Assembly: GCF_037902255.1 (NCBI RefSeq)
Contig: NZ_CP147990.1
Coordinates: forward strand, 1,560,001 to 1,592,000
Length of the DNA stretch: 32,000 nucleotides
Direction of reading: 5' to 3'
Source of the DNA: Candidatus Electrothrix sp. GW3-4
GTDB taxonomy: Bacteria; Desulfobacterota; Desulfobulbia; Desulfobulbales; Desulfobulbaceae
Shown here one piece after another: positions 26,333-32,000 of this stretch. The translations under genes and the position numbers were made by a program. Below the pieces are notes generated by a model. The model was not told the origin of the DNA. It worked only from the letters and a program-made list of their open reading frames with translations, and did no database searches. Position 1 is the stretch's first letter; the number at the start of each line of letters is the position of its first letter.

Positions 26333-27858
26333 AGCGCAGGAGCTGGTAAGGGGAACTCAGGATTTGCCAGCAACATCTTTTTGTTGATTTTTCCGCTGCC
26401 TATTTTGGGGAGGGCCTCGACCAGCTGGATCTCTCTGGGCACCATATAGGAGGCCAAGCGCTGGCGACAGTAGCTCTCCAGCTCCTCCATATCAAGTACG
26501 GTGTTTTCTTCTGGGGTAATGAAGGCCTTGGGCACGCATCCTCGTCTTTTCTCTGTGACCCCAATGACTGCCACCTCTTTGACCGCTGGATGCTGTTGCA
26601 GCACGAGCTCGACTTGCAAGGGATAGACCTTGAGTCCTGCCACCTTGATCATCCCGTTTTTGCGCTCAATAAAACGGAAAAAACCTTCTTCGTCTTTTTG
26701 AGCAAGATCACCGCTGTAGTACCAACCCTCTCTGCCTGGAAATTCCGTGCTGTTATGATACCCTGAGAAGACTGCCGGACCGGAAAAGATCAGCTCGCCG
26801 GTTTCTCCAGCAGCTATTTCCTTCCCTTCCTCGTCAACAAGCCTGACCTGATAATAGGGGCAGGGTTTGCCCATAGAGCCATCTGTTCGATATTGATCAG
26901 GTGTATTGGCCAGCGCAATCCCAGTGGTCTCTGTACTTCCCCATACCGATAGAATGGGAATGCCAAAGGCATTAAGGAAATTATTATGGATTTCCTGATC
27001 CGTAACCATGCCTCCGCTTTCTGCAATGCGCAGGCAGGGAAAGGTGAGTTTCTTACAGTGGTGGCCTATCATCTTATACATGACAGCAAGTCCCATCATG
27101 CAGGTCACCCGGTGCCGGATAAGGGTCTTGGCTATGGCCTTAGGACTGATTTCTGCGAGCAGGACCAGAGAGGCACCGGTGTATAAGGCCCGGCAGAACA
27201 GCTCGTGCGGATGGGAGAACGAGGCAAACATGCAGAGGTGGACATCATCTGCGGTCATCTGAAAGGTCTCAACCGCAGATCGGGTGTTCCAATAGAGATG
27301 GGCATGGGTGCAGACGGCCCCTTTGGGAAAGCCGCTGGAACCGGTGGTGAAGTTAAGATAGGCGCCGTCTTCTGGCTGTTGGGCCAGCGGCGGGCAAGGG
27401 GGGTGCTCAATACAGGTGAGCCAGGGTGTCGCTTCCGGGTGCTCCGGTGTTTTCTGAACAGCTATGGCAGGCGCCTTATATGCCTGGATAAAGGTCCGCA
27501 CCTCGGGTTGCACCGTTGATTCGTCCATAATGATGGCAGCGGGCTTGAGTGAGGTGATCATCTGCTCAATATGACCTGCACTTTCCAGGTAATTGATCGG
27601 ACAGGCCAGCACCTTGATACTGCTTGCTGCCAAAAAGGAGAAGATCAGTTCCGGTCTTCTGGGGAGTAAGAGGCAGACCGTATCCCCTGGACTGAGGCCC
27701 TTTTTTCTCAGGAAGCCAGCCAGGTTTCTGACAATGCTTTGGCTCTCGGAAAAGGTGAAATTGCCCTCATAGGCGCGAATAAAGGTTTTATCCGGTGTCT
27801 TTTCTGCCCAAGAGCAGAGGGCTTGGTCCAGGGTCTGTGGATCGTCTGTCATCGGCAT
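26329..27858 (-). CDS. Adenylate-forming enzyme (ANL superfamily; acyl-CoA or fatty-acid ligase-like).
   Basis: The AMP-binding motif is FTTGSSGFPKGA. Other motifs are GSTETTG, YYSGDLA and C-terminal GKINKK. The product is 509 aa. I saw no obvious RBS at ATG 27858. Confidence 0.85.
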   Translation of the reverse strand: MPMTDDPQTLDQALCSWAEKTPDKTFIRAYEGNFTFSESQSIVRNLAGFLRKKGLSPGDTVCLLLPRRPELIFSFLAASSIKVLACPINYLESAGHIEQMITSLKPAAIIMDESTVQPEVRTFIQAYKAPAIAVQKTPEHPEATPWLTCIEHPPCPPLAQQPEDGAYLNFTTGSSGFPKGAVCTHAHLYWNTRSAVETFQMTADDVHLCMFASFSHPHELFCRALYTGASLVLLAEISPKAIAKTLIRHRVTCMMGLAVMYKMIGHHCKKLTFPCLRIAESGGMVTDQEIHNNFLNAFGIPILSVWGSTETTGIALANTPDQYRTDGSMGKPCPYYQVRLVDEEGKEIAAGETGELIFSGPAVFSGYHNSTEFPGREGWYYSGDLAQKDEEGFFRFIERKNGMIKVAGLKVYPLQVELVLQQHPAVKEVAVIGVTEKRRGCVPKAFITPEENTVLDMEELESYCRQRLASYMVPREIQLVEALPKIGSGKINKKMLLANPEFPLPAPAL

Positions 27859-28079
27859 AGCAGATTGAGGGTCTTTGTGGGTTGGCGGTTTTGGAGAAGA
27901 CAGTCTTTGCCTGTTTTTGAATTGGTTATTTGGTCACATGGTTGTTTCTTGACCGAAAACGAATAGATTATCAATGTACCACAGGCTGTTTCGACTGCAA
28001 ATGGTATTTTGCTCGTGTTCAGGACATTGTGAATATCCAGCACACTTCAATAAGAAATAACAGAGGGGGCATTGTCGCC

Positions 28080-29516
28080 TCATTCCCTCTCAGAGATCTC
28101 CCGCAGCTTCTCCCGTAGCAGGGCATGTAACTCTGTCTCTGCCTGATCCCTGTCCGGCAGATAACTACTTTGCAATTTTTTAAAAAAACGATCACAGACC
28201 CGGCGTTCCTCCTTGGTCCAACCGCTGGTATACCCCTGTTTATCGTTTTCATCGTCCTCTGTCTCTGCTGCTGCCTCAGGGTAATCCCGACGACCATGGG
28301 CCCAGTTGGTGATATGGCTGTAATAGAGCAGGGCGCGGTCCAGCAGGATATAGAGCAGCTGGACATTGGTCACTGGCCCGACCTGAAGCTGCTGTTTATC
28401 CAATTTCATGCCCAGGAGGCGGGCACCGGTGAGCATCTCCTTTCCCTTCATGGCAGCCGCTGCTGCGCCAAAGGCCCCGCCAATGGCCGTAAAGACCCCA
28501 AAGCTGATGCCTGCAGCAAGGGTATCCAGCCCAGCACCCAGGGCGGCCCCACTGATGGCCCCGGCCATGGTCAGCTGATTGGCAGTCAGGCCCAGGAACT
28601 GCCAGGTCTTGGCAGCAAAGAGGTCCTGTTGCAGGATCGACTGCCCAGGCAGTTGCAGGTTAAAGATATTATGTTTGAATAACCTGCGGATCTGCTGATG
28701 GGCTGTCCGCTCCCGTTTGCTGACAAAGGCTGTATATTTCTTGTGCAGCTCCTTTTTCAGCTTTTCTTCATCGGCAACAGGCGGGCAGGCCACGGTCTTA
28801 TGATAGAGCAGGCTCTCTGAGAGCATGGTCGTAAGCAGGGTCGCGGTCTGACGATTACGATTTTGCCAATCTGCCTGAAAGGCCTGGATGACCGAGGCAA
28901 TAACCCCTTCCAGCTCCTGATCAATGGACTTGAGGCTGTTCAACAGGGCGATACGCTGACCATAGGTCGCTTTGTTTGAGTTGAACAGACGAACCGAGTT
29001 GAAATGCTTGCGAAATTCATTTTGCCAGCCCGCCAGGAAGCTACTCTCCTCGTCCTTACAGTTGATGATGGCCATGCGTGGTCTGCCGGTGAGGCGGAGG
29101 ATCTCCATCTCTGCCCGGTCAATGTTGCGCAGCGGCCGGGAGCCATCCACCACAAAGATCAGACCTGCCCCGGCAGCAAGGGGGGCAAGCAGGGCGCAGT
29201 CGTCATGAAAGGCAGGATCGTCGCGATGGCTGCGGATGAAATCCGTGATCAGGTCCCGATCATCCCCTTGGTATTGTTGCATCCAGGCCAGGGTTTTGCG
29301 GGGATTTTGAAAGCCGGGCGTGTCAGTAAAACGGATTACCTCTTTATTATCGATAATCACTGGAAAGGTCCGACATTCCTTGGTCTCGCCAGGTACTGGA
29401 CTGACCCGGACCGAATCGTCCTCGCTCAGGGTGGATAGGACAGAGGACTTGCCTTCATTAGGATGGCCGACAATGGCGAAGGTCGGGGGCGGAGATTGCA
29501 GGGACGGGGTGTTCAT
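28080..29516 (-). CDS. P-loop GTPase with a C-terminal Gly/Ala-rich membrane hairpin (from memory, resembles 'GTPase/DUF3482' proteins).
   Basis: G1 is GHPNEGKS (29445-29468), G3 is DTPG (res 65-68) and G4 is NCKD (res 152-155). A 40-aa Gly/Ala-rich segment, MAGAISGAALGAGLDTLAAGISFGVFTAIGGAFGAAAAAM, lies at 28449-28568. The start ATG overlaps the upstream stop (ATGA). Confidence 0.8.
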   Translation of the reverse strand: MNTPSLQSPPPTFAIVGHPNEGKSSVLSTLSEDDSVRVSPVPGETKECRTFPVIIDNKEVIRFTDTPGFQNPRKTLAWMQQYQGDDRDLITDFIRSHRDDPAFHDDCALLAPLAAGAGLIFVVDGSRPLRNIDRAEMEILRLTGRPRMAIINCKDEESSFLAGWQNEFRKHFNSVRLFNSNKATYGQRIALLNSLKSIDQELEGVIASVIQAFQADWQNRNRQTATLLTTMLSESLLYHKTVACPPVADEEKLKKELHKKYTAFVSKRERTAHQQIRRLFKHNIFNLQLPGQSILQQDLFAAKTWQFLGLTANQLTMAGAISGAALGAGLDTLAAGISFGVFTAIGGAFGAAAAAMKGKEMLTGARLLGMKLDKQQLQVGPVTNVQLLYILLDRALLYYSHITNWAHGRRDYPEAAAETEDDENDKQGYTSGWTKEERRVCDRFFKKLQSSYLPDRDQAETELHALLREKLREISERE

Positions 29517-31126
29517 GATTTCACCAACGCAATGAGTTGCAGGCCAGGATCGCCCAGGGCGGCGGTCTTCAGCTGCCAGGTTTGCAGATGCTGTGGTTGG
29601 GTCGGAGTCAGGATGGTGTCCGAACGTGGTTTACCGATCAGGGTCAGGAGGATGACAGGCGCTGGTCCGATGGTTTGGCGCAGGCGACCGAGCCAGGAGA
29701 ACAGCTCTTCAATGGGGGGTTGCCAGGCCTCAAGGAGGACGAGGATATCTTTGCTCTTGTCCTGTTCCATTATCCTTTGTATCGTGGTCAGCTCTTCTTC
29801 CTCGCTCTGCTCCAGGGTCCAGAAGGGCAGGCATTGGCTGAGTTCATATCCGAGACGGGCACGGACCTGTTGGCCCAGCGCGCTGGCTGAGCAATCAGGC
29901 AGGAGTTCCTCCGGGATCAGGGCGGTCAGAGGTGCAAGAGGAGCCTCGGAAAAAAAGGAGGGGGCCGGTGAATCAGGTTGTTGTTCCTGTCCGCTCTCCT
30001 GTCGCCTGCGAACTGGTTCCGTAGAGGGCTCCTTGGCTGGGCCCTTGCTTTCTTGACGGGCCGCAGTGGAGACCTGCGGGGTCTGCATCCGGTGCAGGAT
30101 CTGACGCAAAGGGCCCTGCTGAAAATCTAACCTGGCCAGGTCCCGCTGCTGCTGTAAGCTGACCATGATCAGTAAGACCAAGCGGGGCAGCAGACCATAA
30201 CAGAACACGGAGAGACAGAGAAAGGGCCACCAGGAGGTGAGATCTGCATTTATGAGGTGGTAGATCCCCTCTTTAAGGATCAGGCGAGAGCCTTCGATCT
30301 GACTGAGGCTGGGGATAAAGGAGTTGGGGAGCCAGGACCAGGGCAGGGCAATCCCATGCACCAGCTCATGTACGGAGGCAGGTGTGACCTGTAAGGTGCT
30401 CTGCCAGCCAAAGGCCAGGTCCGCGCCAATGACCTTGAACAGGGTGGCTGCCAGCACGCCAATATTAAAACTGACCCCAAAGACCTGCACTATGAGAAAG
30501 AAGGGGCGAAGAAAGACGAGACCGTAGCGCTGCCGGATCTGCCTGACGCTGGCGGCAGAGGCAGACCATTTGAGCCGGGTTTCCGCAGCGACCTTTTGCG
30601 AGGTCTTTTTCCTGACCCTGGCCATGAGCTTTTCCAGGAGGCCGGTAAAGAGACGGCGGAGGAGTCGGTAGAGCAGGGAGGCCTCTATGAAATTCTTGCC
30701 CTGGAGTTTACGGAAAAAGGCAGAGCCCACCAGCAGGAGGAAGAGAAAGGCCTGGGCAAGAACAAAGACCGTAAAATAGGCAGCCACGTTCACCGGTTCC
30801 TTGCCGGAATAGGCGAGAAAGGAGAAGGCCAACCCTCCTCCAGAGAAGAGACCGGTGAGCAGGGCAAGAGCAAAAAAAAGACAGAGCATCTCCTGCCAGG
30901 CGTGTCCGGGGAGAGCGATTTCTCCTTCCTCGGGGTGCAGGGCCTCCCGGCGGGAGGAGAGCCAGGATCGTAAGAGAGCTGGTGGCCTTGCTTCCTTGCT
31001 TGGAGAGGGGAGCTCAGTGTATATCTGCCGGTCACGGGCAGCAAGGCGGTCCAAATCCTCGCCCTCATCATGATTGAGGAGGAATTCCAGGTCAATAAGG
31101 TCTGCGATATTCCAGAGTTTCTTCAT
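29513..31126 (-). CDS. Polytopic inner-membrane protein with a soluble C-terminal domain (from memory, resembles DUF2868 proteins).
   Basis: ATG 31126 (MKKLWNIADLIDLEFLL) is preferred over the ORF-track start at 31354. There are about four hydrophobic helices, for example LCLFFALALLTGLFSGGGLAFSFLAY and AAYFTVFVLAQAFLFLLLVGSAFF. A Q/E/P-rich linker precedes a C-terminal domain of about 130 aa. Confidence 0.7.
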   Translation of the reverse strand: MKKLWNIADLIDLEFLLNHDEGEDLDRLAARDRQIYTELPSPSKEARPPALLRSWLSSRREALHPEEGEIALPGHAWQEMLCLFFALALLTGLFSGGGLAFSFLAYSGKEPVNVAAYFTVFVLAQAFLFLLLVGSAFFRKLQGKNFIEASLLYRLLRRLFTGLLEKLMARVRKKTSQKVAAETRLKWSASAASVRQIRQRYGLVFLRPFFLIVQVFGVSFNIGVLAATLFKVIGADLAFGWQSTLQVTPASVHELVHGIALPWSWLPNSFIPSLSQIEGSRLILKEGIYHLINADLTSWWPFLCLSVFCYGLLPRLVLLIMVSLQQQRDLARLDFQQGPLRQILHRMQTPQVSTAARQESKGPAKEPSTEPVRRRQESGQEQQPDSPAPSFFSEAPLAPLTALIPEELLPDCSASALGQQVRARLGYELSQCLPFWTLEQSEEEELTTIQRIMEQDKSKDILVLLEAWQPPIEELFSWLGRLRQTIGPAPVILLTLIGKPRSDTILTPTQPQHLQTWQLKTAALGDPGLQLIALVKS

Positions 31127-31216
31127 ACACGATATGCTCGTTGATGACAACGGCAAGAATTGATGTATTGCGCAGGATAGCCAAGGTACTTCGGGATGCT
31201 GTTCTTGTCTGGTGCT

Positions 31217-31244
31217 ATGATACCAGAATTTGTTGAGTTGTGCA
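31217..31244 (-). promoter_or_regulatory. Putative extended -10 promoter of the membrane-protein/GTPase operon.
   Basis: On the minus strand: TGCACA (31244-31239), a 16-nt spacer ending in TGg, then TATCAT (31222-31217). Confidence 0.35.
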
Positions 31245-31329
31245 TCCGTGGAGCCCCCTGGATTCAAATAAGAGATAAGGAGAGTACCTCTATCAGGATG
31301 CGGCAGCAGGAAGGGAAGGGGGAAAAGAG

Positions 31330-31354
31330 GTGAACCTGCTGCGGGCAGGTTCAC
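31330..31354 (-). terminator. Hairpin downstream of the NuoC-like gene; a putative terminator.
   Basis: A perfect 10-bp inverted repeat pairs gtgaacctgc with gcaggttcac across a 5-nt loop. On the minus strand it is followed by CTCTTTTCCCCC, a modest U-tract. Confidence 0.45.
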
Positions 31355-31382
31355 TTATGAGAGCAGAATTTGTGGGGTGTTT

Positions 31383-32000
31383 TTAATAAGGACGTTTTAT
31401 TACCCGAGTAGGATCCTCGAAATCCTTACACAAGGGATGCCCTGGAAAGTCGTTCTTCAGGTAGATCCTGCGCATGTCTGGGTGATGAGTAAAGCGGACG
31501 CCGAACATGTCGTAGACCTCACGTTCATGCCATTCCGCCCCAACATAGAGATCAGAGATGGTTTCTATCTCAGCACCATCCTCGTCTTTTTCCACCTGAC
31601 AGCGAAGGAAAACTTTATGACCGCCTTCAACCGAGAGGAGATGCACCACAATGTCAAAATATTCTTTCCAGTCCACACAGGTAAGCTGAAGCAACATCTC
31701 AAGTCCAAGCTCTTTTTCATCCTTCAGGTATTGCACAACCTCTCTGTACAGCTCTTTTGGGATAACCAGATCAAGGTCATAGTCCGTGCCCAGCTCAGCT
31801 ACTTGTTTCGGGGTCGCATCCGGGTGATCATGGACTGTGATTTCCGGGAACTTCTTTTGGAGGGTCTGGAGCAGCGACCAATTACTGATGCCCTTTGCCG
31901 TTGGTTTTCGTCGGGCAGGGGAGGGCAGCTTTTCCTTTTTCAGGCGAATAGGCCTGGGGGGCTTGTAATCAGGATTTTCTCGTTTAAATTGTTCCCTGGC
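31383..32000 (-). CDS. nuoC: NADH-quinone oxidoreductase subunit C-like protein (30-kDa subunit family); partial, with the 5' end beyond the window.
   Basis: The C-terminal motif is AEWHEREVYDMFGVRFTHHPDMRRIYLKNDFPGHPLCKDF. My own translation shows the frame stays open from 31736 to the window edge at 32000. The sequence passes through a basic Pro/Lys-rich segment. Confidence 0.8.
   Translation of the reverse strand, partial: AREQFKRENPDYKPPRPIRLKKEKLPSPARRKPTAKGISNWSLLQTLQKKFPEITVHDHPDATPKQVAELGTDYDLDLVIPKELYREVVQYLKDEKELGLEMLLQLTCVDWKEYFDIVVHLLSVEGGHKVFLRCQVEKDEDGAEIETISDLYVGAEWHEREVYDMFGVRFTHHPDMRRIYLKNDFPGHPLCKDFEDPTRVIKRPY

Noticed and set aside
1-32000. CRISPR arrays, IS elements, integrases, prophage genes, tRNA/rRNA genes and toxin-antitoxin pairs.
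   Set aside because: I saw none of these. The only direct repeats are two-copy 11-bp and 18-bp tandems. No transposase or integrase-like translation appears in any listed ORF, and no cloverleaf-like segments appear in the intergenic regions.

Overview
This 32-kb chromosomal window holds about 20 protein-coding genes. I found no rRNA, tRNA, CRISPR array, transposase or integrase by eye. The gene content is a dissimilatory-type ATP sulfurylase, a family II pyrophosphatase, a NuoC-like subunit and a PilY1-like adhesin. This content suggests a sulfate-reducing or sulfur-cycling Desulfobacterota-like genome; that is an inference, not a demonstration.

Gene order, left to right:
- A giant (about 2280 aa) PilY1-like pilus adhesin (+).
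- sat (+).
- Two unknown genes (-).
- ppaC and aroB (+).
- Two secreted DUF1566-type proteins (+).
- An FmdB-type zinc-ribbon protein and an SPFH protein with three C-terminal zinc ribbons (+).
- A hexapeptide-repeat transferase (-).
- lon (+).
- A methyl-cycle cluster (+): a homocysteine-methyltransferase/MTHFR fusion, metK and ahcY.
- A YcbB-like L,D-transpeptidase (+).
- An adenylate-forming ligase (-).
- A translationally coupled pair (-): a polytopic membrane protein followed by a membrane-inserting P-loop GTPase.
- The 3' part of a NuoC-like gene (-), which runs off the window.

Several rho-independent terminators and sigma70-like promoters (recurrent CTTGAC -35) can be read directly from the sequence.

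The best candidates for undescribed biology are:
- The coupled membrane-protein/GTPase module at 28.1-31.2 kb.
- The double-length PilY1 homologue, which carries three chitin-binding-like repeats and Cys-rich inserts.
- The DUF1566 pair, one member of which has a duplicated hydrophobic N-terminal motif.

All family assignments rest on motifs I read in the translations. None was checked against a database.
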